Shown here: in pieces, positions 42,401-49,046 of the stretch
Position numbering within the stretch: the stretch's first letter is position 1
How the letters are laid out: each line of letters opens with the position of its first letter
IMG/VR virus record: IMGVR_UViG_3300023109_002988
Coordinates: 1-64,000 of that record
Reading direction: 5' to 3' (one strand)
Source: a virus
Length of the DNA: 64,000 nucleotides
Notes under the pieces: model-generated
Told to the model about the DNA's origin: nothing
Database searches by the model: none
What the model saw: the letters and a program-made list of their open reading frames with translations, nothing else
Translations under genes and position numbers: made by a program

Positions 42401-43671
42401 TAACTAATGTTAATCTATATAATGGAAAGCTTACAACATTGGGAAATAGAGTCTTTGAAAATTGTACTAGTATCGACGATCTCTATATACCAAATTCAGT
42501 AACAACGGTTGGTAGTAATTTATTTTTAAATGCAAACATAAATATATTAGACTACGATGTTAATACTAGCGTTTTAGATCCATTCTTGTTTAACGGGGCT
42601 ACTATAGGCGATTTATCCTTACCCCAAACGACCATAGTAGTTAAAGAAGGTGTATTCCAAAATGCAATATTTGGACCAGATCCTTTTGATGGATTGCCTA
42701 ATGGAGTGGTTACCTTTGAAGATAGTGTGTTTAAGCAAACACCTTTAAGTGGTATATTTATTCCTTCATCACTTAGCGGTTTAGCGAACACTACATTCAA
42801 AGACTCACCCAACCTTACTGGTTTAGACTTTTCTTCGTGTAGTTCACTTACTGGAATTGGAAATGAAAACTTCATGAATTGTGATTCTATCACAGGTATT
42901 GTTTTACCTAATTCTTTACAGATTATTGGGGATGGCAACTTTAAGAATCTTGATTTAATAGAAGAAATAGTTTTCCCAACATCTTTAGAATACATCGGAG
43001 ATGAAAACTTTAAAAATTGTTCTGGCTTGTCTATTGTTGATTTGTCTAATACAAATTTAATAGAAATGGGGAACAGAAACTTTATAGAAGATACAAATTT
43101 AAAAACTATACTTGATCTTAATTTACCAGATAGTTTGCAAGTGATTGGTGATGAAAACTTCAAAGAAATTAATCTTAACAGTTTAAAGCTTCCTACTGGA
43201 TTGAGGGTTCTTGGGGATTCTAATTTTTACGATTGCGAATCTTCGGATCAAACGATTTGGGGAGAAGGAGATCCTCCTGTGTTTAGTCTGCCAAGCGGGA
43301 TTGAAAGTATAGGTAATTCAAATTGGGAGAGATCAGACGCAATACAAAGACTTAGGATAGATGAAGGTTTTTCTGGTTCGATAGGAAATTTAAACTGGAA
43401 TTTATGTAATCAAATAAGTCAGCTTCTTATAAAAACAACAGATTCTAATTTTTCAATAGGCGATAAAAATTTCACAGACTTAAATTTATTGGGTGTAATT
43501 CAAATTGATTGCCCAGCATCTTGTTGGCAAGGAACAGGTAATTTCGACAAATCTAAAACAGATATGGTAATTTATGTTAATTCAACTTATGCGGCTGGTT
43601 ATAATGCAACCTGGAGTGGAGATCAAGCAGTGCCAAATGGAGCTACAATAATAACTTACGACCCTCAATAA
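30490..43671 (+). CDS. Giant (4393 aa) tube-like domain + BspA/LRR_5 array protein
   Basis: N-terminal ~370 aa shares GVQSLSYGF, IGNAYLTNY..LGSIP.V.V.F, SPAINLESG and LG..Y...R..NYP with the tube paralogs. The remainder is LRR_5-like repeats. Confidence 0.85.
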   Translation: MSQRITLNSANSAIIISDSPAFKTQNESSFVFAGVQSLSYGFNNVRADTSQIGSQAFDDKNIIRQPDVKLQMSYSFSPTFANEELMGLTYNLDAKSKFSVIKGLSDSSYNFYVYNHPEQEQDALEYIKDGVSPNGGEVVSIGNAYLTNYNMTFTLGSIPSVDVEFDCSNIKTENYTSAFIESPAINLESGNNIGVGSINILDTNYYERSKFGDIYNLDRTRIETILPKDINFQMDNLSIGGQKLELENHRINQFSISLPINRSNAYKLGSDYVCSRKLNYPIDGRLSISSLVTNLEAGFISGLVKGDQISNLKIISSDCEKKVSSQFYFEDIKLENVEYQTLVNEQTNYNLEFSFQITDEKGFKTAVTEQDIDATRFIDDENKVYEYIQGDVIEGWQSGDLGGYKIAFAEIKNFDVLEAAFSGCTNIDKPVFLSPQINVIEDDVFHGCTNLPDFYSDSACRVQVFGERSFKNCSSLEEIVLPISIKEIKEESFMGCFSAKDLFLADVETVGERAFYNCYGLSENLYLPNSLLTLGESAFENCSGMEGGLFIGGSLTRIEDKTFKNAKLFSFDLEIPDNITSIGHEAFYGCDGFDGELILSSELSKIESYSFYGCSSLTGYLNIPENVIEIEDSAFESCSGFNKEILLPGVEIIGDNAFSGCSSLTGKVNFASGISTIGDNAFMNCSSFGYALNIPSGIQSIGDRSFSGCVGIQDAYVNFAATVFQGQDAFAGIKGCMYVTPFHYNAYKQLSVDGYFQGMPVCYGSIDTIVFDANTAEIIKFKRGDIPTNWYSNQSRASLLVIGSTCKNIEPGAFDGSDGLEGLFVIPDELETIGDFAFRGCNFEGELLIPDTIKYLGSGAFEDCTGFNDFLLIGDGIDTIKGKTFKNCSNINSDIIIGSEIISIEDEAFYNCTGISGDISLGFSVSYIGDYAFYNCKNAVGDLEIPEDVTYVGDFAFYNCSSLDGDFITAEAISIAYIGNSAFEDCSLMSGPLVMPASVTYIGSGAFKNCRGLNSEIDLTLTQINEINYQSFFGCSGLVGSLVIPDSVQYIGDEAFLGCSSLSESITITNIAARNIGNNAFDSPIQFQELIISDSVGEVRQYEFDYFKNDPLYLTMQEGLTGINEYSFSNYAFIGDLDIPLTLKYVGDAAFSGCEFGGTYIFEDSNIEYIGDYAFYDLDLIDGNIIVPNVDYVGKGAFFNNSSIDGYITFGEVISSIGEYAFANCSSAIGDLTIPDNVSNLGQYAFLNCSSLSGTLTLPNNEEFNIIKTGTFKNCSLLSGDLLIHDYISGIEQEAFLGCSGLTGDITITDVCASTLVGSNTFDDSPFSRLIISDSVVQINNTEFDYFASRQMEVVFGKGLSGILDGAFDNYNFVSELNLPLSLTGIGVSAFENCNGLYGNLIIPNNVSGIGEDAFRSCSNLSGNLILPSRIENIGDGAFVDCVKLDGYIRISDLTASSISSYPNVFGGTNFKELRATSSDLIIENTEFDSFNAFVGALLLEPSVLDVGPYAFVDNFSFADTLTISENSERIDDYAFSGNSFIGDLDINSEFIGYASFADCSSFDGRFTINTATLNEVGDYAFYNCSNLSGDLIVGEVLSGIGEYSFSNMSSLDGEFALCQLPEDFDGQLSKYEPTIGESGVLTFEFEEYVETSLKYFGDYAFANNSNLSGNLVIPDTTTSWGEYAFLNMSSLDGFLILGSGVNSIPEGIFKNCSGLNCYDGLFKIPENVSFIGAEAFYNCSSLDCVLRLKPGVTTLTDAFFGTNFDKLLVPSGTVAILDGDYDALQNLDIKLGFESPDSAFRTLGDLAFDNYQLTGTLVLPESTDYIGSSGFLNCDLLSGSFSVPSSVKVIGNSAFRNCSGFDGEFSLVNLPSSYNGESDLDVALSGIGEYAFANCQNWTGNIVIPDGVNYGKYSFLNNKSLDGFLILNQTLEVIPEGAFKNCEQITRFEGETFTIPRVVTTIEDEAFYNCQNLLDSDIKIGAGLTIGANAFFGEDFNDLIVPNYEEVIIDGDYEYFKTLSIGLKFESVSSVSGIGDRTFLDYRLTGSLSLPQSLISIGSSGFKNCDLLSGSFSVPSSVEVIGDSAFRNCSGFDGEFSLVDLPLPYNGQSDLDVALSGIGEYAFANCENWTGNLVIPDGATYGKYSFLNNKSLDGFLILNQTSEVIPEGTFKNCEQITRFEGETFTIPRSVTTIGDDAFYNCQNLLDSDIKIGAGLTIGANAFFGEDFDDLIIPNYEEVIIDGDYEYFKTLSIGLKFESVSSVSGIGDKAFLDYRFTGSLSLPQSLKSVGSSGFKNCDLFSGDLFLLRTEIIKDNAFENCSGFDGDLFIGSPTESIGVNAFTNCSSFKGSIDLPNSCTTLGEEAFLNCSGFDSVIDVGNGIEYLEDRTFKNCQSASGHLYLSENVTGIGNSVFENCFKLNRNGNLLEIPRSVDYIGDKAFFNCNDLLVGELRIKGSLDIGVDAFEPFNFGILGVPDYQTYINSGDYSYFKDKTFQLSFENYNSSYLGTEHISGKAFSGYNLTGTLNLPRKLREIGDHAFVNSTGLSGDLTFLSQLRIIGDGAFQNCSGFDGKLFIGSSIDSIGVNAFTNCSSFTGSIDIPNSCTTLGEEAFLNCSGFDGNIDIGNGLKYLEDRTFKNCQSASGVLDLPLNISGIGNSVFEKCYKLKSKITDILEIPRYVDYIGDEAFYQCFSLLQGTLRIRGGVDIGINSFEPFGFENLSVPDYQVSIDSGDYLYFKDKAFQLTFENSNSLACKTRDIYEKAFSGYNLFGTLNLPIGLKEVGDYAFINSTGLTGDLYLNKYLETVGERAFENCSGFDGEFSLAPLPYWFEGSPNFGNTVQLETIGDYAFANCENWSGNLVIPNGVSYGEYCFLNNSSLNGFLILNETLNRIPEGAFKDCSKLTCYNGVFKIPEVVSLIERYAFQNCSGLDCDLQIGPDASIGTQAFEGTDFKGLVIPSFLQEVQYQDYDYFKQDIITLKFENYNSLSNTRNIGSGAFADYNFSGELNLPISLTGIGDNAFNQNDLLEGPLSIPSNVREIGSGAFENCSGFYGDFSFPKTVISIGAKAFKNCENLVGTPEFFITTETIGDEAFANCLSLNGTMELPPNITSIGSGAFLNAIGIDGVTIISLPSDVFKGENAFSGVGGVLELSPLVYQDYLQNSDLINGDYYFQGIKITGQITDDTVFYISVDSNENNKYQDPFDGTLTSQNFQSYAIPNNWKEGIPNDPKYGGLDSRNQNCWLEIGGLCDSVTTGAFKNRKFLRGDVFFPSSVDSIDDEAFLNCERLEGLTFASYGLRDIENDAFYNCKQVTSDINLPETIENIKPDAFKYMYRAGNLILNGTSLTGISGGTFHSFGDAALNKTFKLNEGLLNIEALGFYQAGGIGASLELPSTLETIGYQAFYSFGGATNTLNARGELKGINQSSSLSNIENRAFEESNVTGHIVFPTSLPHIKYRAFYGSKITSVSGFDHMDYIGESAFARDTRNATNLRMDNLVIPEKPYLSRRCFSSHQYVKYITLEGQRDDSDIDWRGQQFHGYNNGYLFSDLTGFNASGTNYFAHSMFGSNHNVMIEDNFSPNLSGIDQNAFYFCSYRGFYNGTSPSRPPSIINLPSGVVSIDNGAFQNNKWTNQLNFSGAESGLIIGDNAFENCGTVWQYAAYSTFREYGPRNYNNIYWGHDEIDITGEFIIPSGLNYLGKSAFRGIRGRNLDIIFSDDFTGSRTDLQIINAYDNNYRDRNTLGTKDYCFYGSQLRKLKLSQSMETIDNYMFSFFTIMDHNNFDSPLGVKEFGIESFIRFNCESGDGKFTFEFGSGLNRLGKKSFATYGLPEDPVFQGKVVPNHTYSGEYIEHRCIEAFDFSRVSGAVDFEEACFSRTWAEGTMTLPEVNSLGQGVFFGASRLESVVFQSSPNLTTLADSTFSNLAKLTGVIFNNELTSIGSNVFESCPSLIDFDISNTDIVSLGSEMFKDAFNLTNVNLYNGKLTTLGNRVFENCTSIDDLYIPNSVTTVGSNLFLNANINILDYDVNTSVLDPFLFNGATIGDLSLPQTTIVVKEGVFQNAIFGPDPFDGLPNGVVTFEDSVFKQTPLSGIFIPSSLSGLANTTFKDSPNLTGLDFSSCSSLTGIGNENFMNCDSITGIVLPNSLQIIGDGNFKNLDLIEEIVFPTSLEYIGDENFKNCSGLSIVDLSNTNLIEMGNRNFIEDTNLKTILDLNLPDSLQVIGDENFKEINLNSLKLPTGLRVLGDSNFYDCESSDQTIWGEGDPPVFSLPSGIESIGNSNWERSDAIQRLRIDEGFSGSIGNLNWNLCNQISQLLIKTTDSNFSIGDKNFTDLNLLGVIQIDCPASCWQGTGNFDKSKTDMVIYVNSTYAAGYNATWSGDQAVPNGATIITYDPQ
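35971..37383 (+). repeat. 693-bp (231-aa) near-identical tandem duplication within giant LRR gene
   Basis: TTGCGA anchor at 35991, 36684 and 37377; long identical stretches between copies. Confidence 0.9.
37430..38950 (+). repeat. 738-bp (246-aa) older tandem duplication within giant LRR gene
   Basis: AGCATAGGAGTTAATGC at 37492 and 38230; PNSCTTLGEEAFLNCSGFD and YLEDRTFKNCQSASG each occur twice. Confidence 0.85.
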
Positions 43672-43673
43672 CA

Positions 43674-46600
43674 ATGCCAAGAAACAGAACTATATATCAA
43701 TCTGAATCAGTTTTCGTTAGTAACAACTTAGATTCTACTGACGTTTGGGAACACGCTGAAGTAGCAAGAATACAAGAAGCTAGTTATGGTTTTTCCATGA
43801 ATAAAACAGATGTCAATCAGTATGGAAAAAGCAGTAGAATAGATCATATAAATTTAGAACTGCCTACTGTTAATTTTGACATGTCTTACTTATTGGGTAA
43901 TGGTTACAATGAGTCCGTTTTAGGTTTTGATATTAAAGAAGGTTATCAATTTGCAAAATATCATTTAGAAAATAATAGTGGCAAAAATTTCTACGTATTA
44001 ATTTCTGAAGAAGGTCTTGATTCAAAATCTTTAGAAGTCGGAGATCCTTATACTTTAATAGGTATAGGTAATGCTTTTTTGACAAACTATTCTGTAGATA
44101 TGTCTGTAGGTTCTTTGGCTAAAGTTAACCTGCAATACGAATGCTCAAATATAAATTCAATTCACGGTGTTGTAGAAGGTGAAGGCTTTTGGCTTACGCA
44201 GCTAAGTGGGGATAGTGCATCTATAAATATAGACAAAGGAATACCTTACGATAAGAAAATAAAAATTACTGCACCTAAAGGTGATATAGAAAATATACCT
44301 ACTGCATTAAGACCTGGCGACATAACAATAAATTTTGAAGGTTTTGATTCTGAAAATTTATCGACCATTAGTGGTAATGGTTCTTTCCATTTACAAAGCG
44401 CCAACTTATCTATTCCATTGTCTAGATCTGAACTAAAAAGATTAGGTTCGAAAGGCTCGTATGCAAGAGTTCTTGATTATCCTATAAAGGCTACTTTAAG
44501 TGTAAACTCTATAGTTAGCAATATTGAGGTTGTAGATCTTGCTGAATCTGTAAGAGGTTGTATAAACAACTCTTTGAATAATGATATATCTATATTGGCT
44601 AAGGATTGCAATAAAGAAAATGCTATTATATGGAGGCTCAAAAATCCTGATTTGTTATCAGAAAATTTCTCTTCTAATATTGGGCCAAACAAATCTGTTG
44701 ATCTTACTTTTGAGGTTGAAATAGGCAATCCAGATGATAACTCCATAGGAATACTTTGCAGTGGAGCTTCAGATAGAGATAATGAAGAAAGAGAAGACGA
44801 CAACGATTACTATCCAACCAGAGTCTACGGCTATGATTATACTGGATCCGCTGCTGCTCTCGAGGAGGGAGTCTTTACTGGCGAAAGCAACATACTTTTA
44901 GACTGGCAAACTGGTGATGTAATTGAAGAATGGAAGTATAATCGATTGTTCACCCCATGGCGAGTCCCTAAATGGGGAAATTTAGATTTCATAAAAAGAA
45001 TTGCTCCTGGAGGGTCTACTGAATATATTGGTGATGACGCTTTTCGAAACATAAAGGCAACAGGAGAATTGTATTTAACAAAGAATCTTACTGGTATTGG
45101 AACGAGCGTTTTTGAAAACACAAATATTGATTATCTTGTGGTTGGAGACGGACTTCCAAAACTTCCGAGTAGATCTTTTTATGACTGCGATCAATTAAAA
45201 ACAGTGAAAACGGCAGATTCTATAACAGAAATAGGAGATTCTTGTTTTGCATACAGCAACAAATTAAATGAGTTTTACTTTAGTAAAGGATTAAGCGGAA
45301 TTGGGGTTGGAGCTTTTCATACTTGTTCTTCTTTGCTAAAAGCTGATCTTTCTGGGTGTAATTATTTGCAAAGTATAAACGATAATACTTTCAACTCATG
45401 TACCTCTTTAGAAGAGGTGAGCTTATCGGATTCTATATTAACATTAGGAGATGATAGTTTTAAAAGTTGCACTTCATTAACTAATTTTAAATGGAGTTCA
45501 GGATTGGAGAGTGTGGGCGATAGATCTTTTAATGGATGCACAAGCTTGCTAGATCCTGTTTTTTATGATACTTTAGAAACAATCGGGGACGAAGCTTTTT
45601 CAACTTGTTATTCTTTTGATTCTGTTACTATACCAGGAACAGTAACATATTTTGGCGAATACGCATTTAAAACATGTGGAGTGAAAAGTTTAGTATTAAA
45701 CGAAGGCTTATCTGAAATCTCATATCAAGCTTTTTATAATTGTGCATCTTTAAAAAGTATAAGCTTTCCCGAAACTTTATTATATATAAATCCATATTGT
45801 TTTATTTATAACTATAGGTTACAAAACCTTAATATACCAGACAATGTTTCTGGAATAGGGAATCACGCATTCTATACTTGTTACTCGGCAGCTACTTCTC
45901 AGGAGTGTTTAGACGTTGTAAATTTTGGCAGCGGACTTAAGTTTATTGGGGAACAAGCTTTTTATGGCAACCAATCACTAAGATCAGCCGATTTGCCAGA
46001 AAACATAGAATCAATAGGATATAACGCTTTTTTCAACTGTGGTTTAAGCGGGTTTGTTAACCTTCCCGATTCTTTGAATTCAATAGGAATCAACGCTTTT
46101 GATAGTAATAATTATATTGAAAGCATCAATATAGGTGCTGGATTAACAACTCTTTCCAATAACTGTTTTGAAGAATGCACAAGCCTTTCAGGTGTATTTA
46201 TACCAGATTGGTTCGAAAGTCTTAATGACGGCGTATTTTTACGTTGCTATGATATAACTACAATAAGCCTGGGTAATGGTATAGAATATATAAATGACTA
46301 TGCATTTGGTGACTGTAGGTCACTGACAGGTATAGATATTCCTTCTCAAATTACTGGTATTGGAAATAGCGCTTTTCAAACTGGGCTAAATATAACTAAC
46401 GTTGGTTTCGTAGAAGGTTTGGAGTATATTGGTAACAGTGCTTTTGCAAATTGTTATTCTTTGACTGGAGTTTCATTCCCAAACACTTTGAGTGGCATTG
46501 GTTCAAGTTCGTTTTCTGCTTGTTCTGATTTAAGTGGTCAAATAATTTATACTCCGAACCTACAATCCGTGGGTGCTAGCGCTTTTCTTGGCACAGATAT

Positions 46601-48383
46601 ATATGATGTAGTATTTAATAATCATCCATCCTACAATAAAATAGAAGACTCTACATTCTCTAATTGTGACTTTTTAACTGGGCTTAATTTAGTACCAAAT
46701 ATCACAGAAATTGGATCTAGCTCGTTTGCAAATTGCGATATTTTAAGCGGAATTAACTTTAACGAAACTATTACCACCATTGGTAGTTCAGCTTTTAGTA
46801 GTTGCGTAGATTTAAGCGGTGTTAGCTTTCCAGATAGTATAGAGGATATCGGAAATAGTGCTTTTACTAACTGCTATGATTTGAGTTTTGTTGACTTTAG
46901 CCAAAATAGTAATTATGATACAATATCAACCTCTTGTTTTGAAAATTGCACATCTTTAACTAATGTTTTATTACCTGATAATGTAACTGAATTAGGTGGC
47001 TCTTGTTTCAAAGGCTGTACTAGTTTGGAATATATAGATTTAAATATTTCTGTGGAATATATAGGAGCCAGTGCTTTTCGGGGTTGCTCTGTTTTTAACA
47101 ACCTAGATCTGCCAAGTAGCTTACTTACTATAGCAAACGATGCTTTCAAGCTTTGCTATGAATTAAAGTCTATGAGTGTTTTTCCAGAAAACCTTGCATC
47201 TATAGGAGACGATGCTTTCAATTCTTGCGATCTATCTGGGTTTCAGTCAATTTTAACTATACCAGATAGTGTAACCTATATGGGACTAAGAGCTTTTCAA
47301 AATAATTCAGATAATTTAAGTGGTGTAGTTCTAGGGTCTGGTTTAACTAATCTTCGGTCTAGTGTTTTCCAAAATTGCACTAATCTAAGAGAAATAAATT
47401 TAGAAAATATAACATCCATAGAAAACAGCGCTTTCAAAAACTGCTTAAATTTAACTGGGGCTTTAATTCCGCCCAATATGCAGTCTATGGGAACCTCTGC
47501 TTTTGAAAATACAGCCATTGAAAGTATAATAATACCAAACGCGATAACAGAAACAAGCACTACTTTGTGTTACTCTTCTTCGTTTTTAACTGGTATAATT
47601 TCAGGCTTAAATTTAATTACTATAGGCAACAGTTCTTTTTACGGATGTGGTGCTTTAAGTGAGTTTTATGCGGAAGATAATTTGAGAAAAATTAGTAGTA
47701 ATGCGTTCTATAATTGTTCGTCAATGAGTGGTCTTGATTTAAATCAAATAACAGAATTGCAGACTAGTGCATTTAAAAATTGCGACTCTCTACCTGAGTT
47801 CCTAGAAATTCCAGATACTGTAACCGTAATGGGCACAAACATTTTTGAAGGTTGCACTAATACTACTGGTTTTTCTTGGACTTCTGGTTACAATAAAATA
47901 CCAGCTGGCACATTTAAAGGATGTAATAATATTCAAACTTTAGAAATACCAAGCTACATAACAGTAGTAGATGCAGAGGCTTTCATGAATTGCACTTCTA
48001 TAAGCGGAGTAAGTTTTCCACAAGGAATACAATATATAGGAGGATCGTTAAGAAACTATAATGCAGCCAATGGAGCATTTAAAGGATGCGTAGGAATAAG
48101 TGGAGAAATAATACTTCCTTCTTCATTGGAGCAATTGGGCCGTTATGCTTTCTATGACAGTAACCTTATAAGTACTTTTAAGTTTTATAGTACTACTGCT
48201 CCTCTTACAAGAGTAGACGCTTTTCCTGTAAAGTTTATCAACGACCCAAGTAATAATCCAATACACGCTCCTTCTGGGGCTGAAGCCAGTTATTCTGGAC
48301 AAAGTTATGCTCCATCGTATAGCTATTACGGAGCTAAAAGCCCAGTTAATTGGGATTCTTTAAATATCATTTTTGATTTATGA
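43674..48383 (+). CDS. Tube-like domain + BspA/LRR_5 array protein (1569 aa)
   Basis: N-terminus is strongly similar to 11268-12389 (MPRNRTIYQSE, DPYTLIGIGNAFL, PTALRPGDI, LQSANLSIPLSRS, IGPNKSVDLTF), followed by ~1150 aa of LRRs. Confidence 0.9.
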   Translation: MPRNRTIYQSESVFVSNNLDSTDVWEHAEVARIQEASYGFSMNKTDVNQYGKSSRIDHINLELPTVNFDMSYLLGNGYNESVLGFDIKEGYQFAKYHLENNSGKNFYVLISEEGLDSKSLEVGDPYTLIGIGNAFLTNYSVDMSVGSLAKVNLQYECSNINSIHGVVEGEGFWLTQLSGDSASINIDKGIPYDKKIKITAPKGDIENIPTALRPGDITINFEGFDSENLSTISGNGSFHLQSANLSIPLSRSELKRLGSKGSYARVLDYPIKATLSVNSIVSNIEVVDLAESVRGCINNSLNNDISILAKDCNKENAIIWRLKNPDLLSENFSSNIGPNKSVDLTFEVEIGNPDDNSIGILCSGASDRDNEEREDDNDYYPTRVYGYDYTGSAAALEEGVFTGESNILLDWQTGDVIEEWKYNRLFTPWRVPKWGNLDFIKRIAPGGSTEYIGDDAFRNIKATGELYLTKNLTGIGTSVFENTNIDYLVVGDGLPKLPSRSFYDCDQLKTVKTADSITEIGDSCFAYSNKLNEFYFSKGLSGIGVGAFHTCSSLLKADLSGCNYLQSINDNTFNSCTSLEEVSLSDSILTLGDDSFKSCTSLTNFKWSSGLESVGDRSFNGCTSLLDPVFYDTLETIGDEAFSTCYSFDSVTIPGTVTYFGEYAFKTCGVKSLVLNEGLSEISYQAFYNCASLKSISFPETLLYINPYCFIYNYRLQNLNIPDNVSGIGNHAFYTCYSAATSQECLDVVNFGSGLKFIGEQAFYGNQSLRSADLPENIESIGYNAFFNCGLSGFVNLPDSLNSIGINAFDSNNYIESINIGAGLTTLSNNCFEECTSLSGVFIPDWFESLNDGVFLRCYDITTISLGNGIEYINDYAFGDCRSLTGIDIPSQITGIGNSAFQTGLNITNVGFVEGLEYIGNSAFANCYSLTGVSFPNTLSGIGSSSFSACSDLSGQIIYTPNLQSVGASAFLGTDIYDVVFNNHPSYNKIEDSTFSNCDFLTGLNLVPNITEIGSSSFANCDILSGINFNETITTIGSSAFSSCVDLSGVSFPDSIEDIGNSAFTNCYDLSFVDFSQNSNYDTISTSCFENCTSLTNVLLPDNVTELGGSCFKGCTSLEYIDLNISVEYIGASAFRGCSVFNNLDLPSSLLTIANDAFKLCYELKSMSVFPENLASIGDDAFNSCDLSGFQSILTIPDSVTYMGLRAFQNNSDNLSGVVLGSGLTNLRSSVFQNCTNLREINLENITSIENSAFKNCLNLTGALIPPNMQSMGTSAFENTAIESIIIPNAITETSTTLCYSSSFLTGIISGLNLITIGNSSFYGCGALSEFYAEDNLRKISSNAFYNCSSMSGLDLNQITELQTSAFKNCDSLPEFLEIPDTVTVMGTNIFEGCTNTTGFSWTSGYNKIPAGTFKGCNNIQTLEIPSYITVVDAEAFMNCTSISGVSFPQGIQYIGGSLRNYNAANGAFKGCVGISGEIILPSSLEQLGRYAFYDSNLISTFKFYSTTAPLTRVDAFPVKFINDPSNNPIHAPSGAEASYSGQSYAPSYSYYGAKSPVNWDSLNIIFDL

Positions 48384-48553
48384 ATATTAAACCATCTTTA
48401 AAACGAGATAAAGAAAGTGGAGTTTGGACAGCCTCTTACACATCTGAATTTGGTCAAGAATTTAAAACCAAGGGTCATTCTGCTGGAGAAGCCATGCAAT
48501 CCTGGTACAAAACATTTGGTAAAAAATTTGGTATAATAAAAGGTGGTGGATGA
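48380..48553 (+). CDS. 57-aa ORF missed by the ORF track; HicB-N-terminal-like pattern
   Basis: ATGA overlap with the previous stop. Translation MNIKPSLKRDKESGVWTASYTSEFGQEFKTKGHSAGEAMQSWYKTFGKKFGIIKGGG. Confidence 0.6.
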   Translation: MNIKPSLKRDKESGVWTASYTSEFGQEFKTKGHSAGEAMQSWYKTFGKKFGIIKGGG

Positions 48554-48584
48554 TGCGGATCTAAATAAAGTCGGTCTGACTTTA

Positions 48585-48974
48585 CTAATCAAAATCAACA
48601 TTTATCTGACCATTGTTTTTAGCGGCTGATTTCATTTGATCCATATGCTTTGCCCCATTTCTTTTGCTTGAATAGTCTTTATAGTAATTTTCTTTTACAG
48701 GGTCAATACCGCCATTCTTTTCTGCTCTTTGATAACTTAACTCTTTGCTGTAATCCATTATGTCTCCCATGGATCCTTTTTTGTTGGCAGTCTTGTTCAC
48801 AAAATCCCTAGAGCTGTGAGGGTCGATCTGAGAATCTATTGAAGCATTTGGTATAGTGAATACTCTTTTCCATTCAAGGCCGTCAGAATCAAAGTATACA
48901 TGCTTGTCGTTCATTCCTTGAACTTCTTCTATGTATTGTTCTAAGCTTGGGTGTTTGTAGATATAAATAGGCAC
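48585..48974 (-). CDS. FmdB-like (MPIYxY) small protein lacking the Cys ligands
   Basis: Starts MPIYIYKHP..WKRVF; GTG start. Confidence 0.55.
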   Translation of the reverse strand: MPIYIYKHPSLEQYIEEVQGMNDKHVYFDSDGLEWKRVFTIPNASIDSQIDPHSSRDFVNKTANKKGSMGDIMDYSKELSYQRAEKNGGIDPVKENYYKDYSSKRNGAKHMDQMKSAAKNNGQINVDFD

Positions 48975-48988
48975 AATATATAATACAC

Positions 48989-49019
48989 AAACGGATGTAG
49001 TTTTTCAACTACACCCGCT
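48989..49019 (-). terminator. Hairpin/terminator after hsp20
   Basis: Minus strand CGGGTGTAGTT..AACTACATCCG 11-bp stem followed by TTTGTGTATT. Confidence 0.6.
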
Positions 49020-49046
49020 TGATTCTTAGTTAATAATAAACAGACA

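Noticed and set aside
42552-43163. 203-aa antisense ORF and the many other short antisense or nested ORFs
   Set aside because: They are shadows of codon bias and repeats in the long sense genes, with no recognisable motifs.
28640-48383. LRR genes as host-derived surface proteins or a chimeric join
   Set aside because: They have no signal peptides or anchors, are fused in-frame to phage tail domains, and are packed 2 nt apart in the tail operon.
48398-48601. 67-aa minus-strand ORF in the track
   Set aside because: It has no canonical start or context, and a coupled plus-strand 57-aa ORF explains the interval better.
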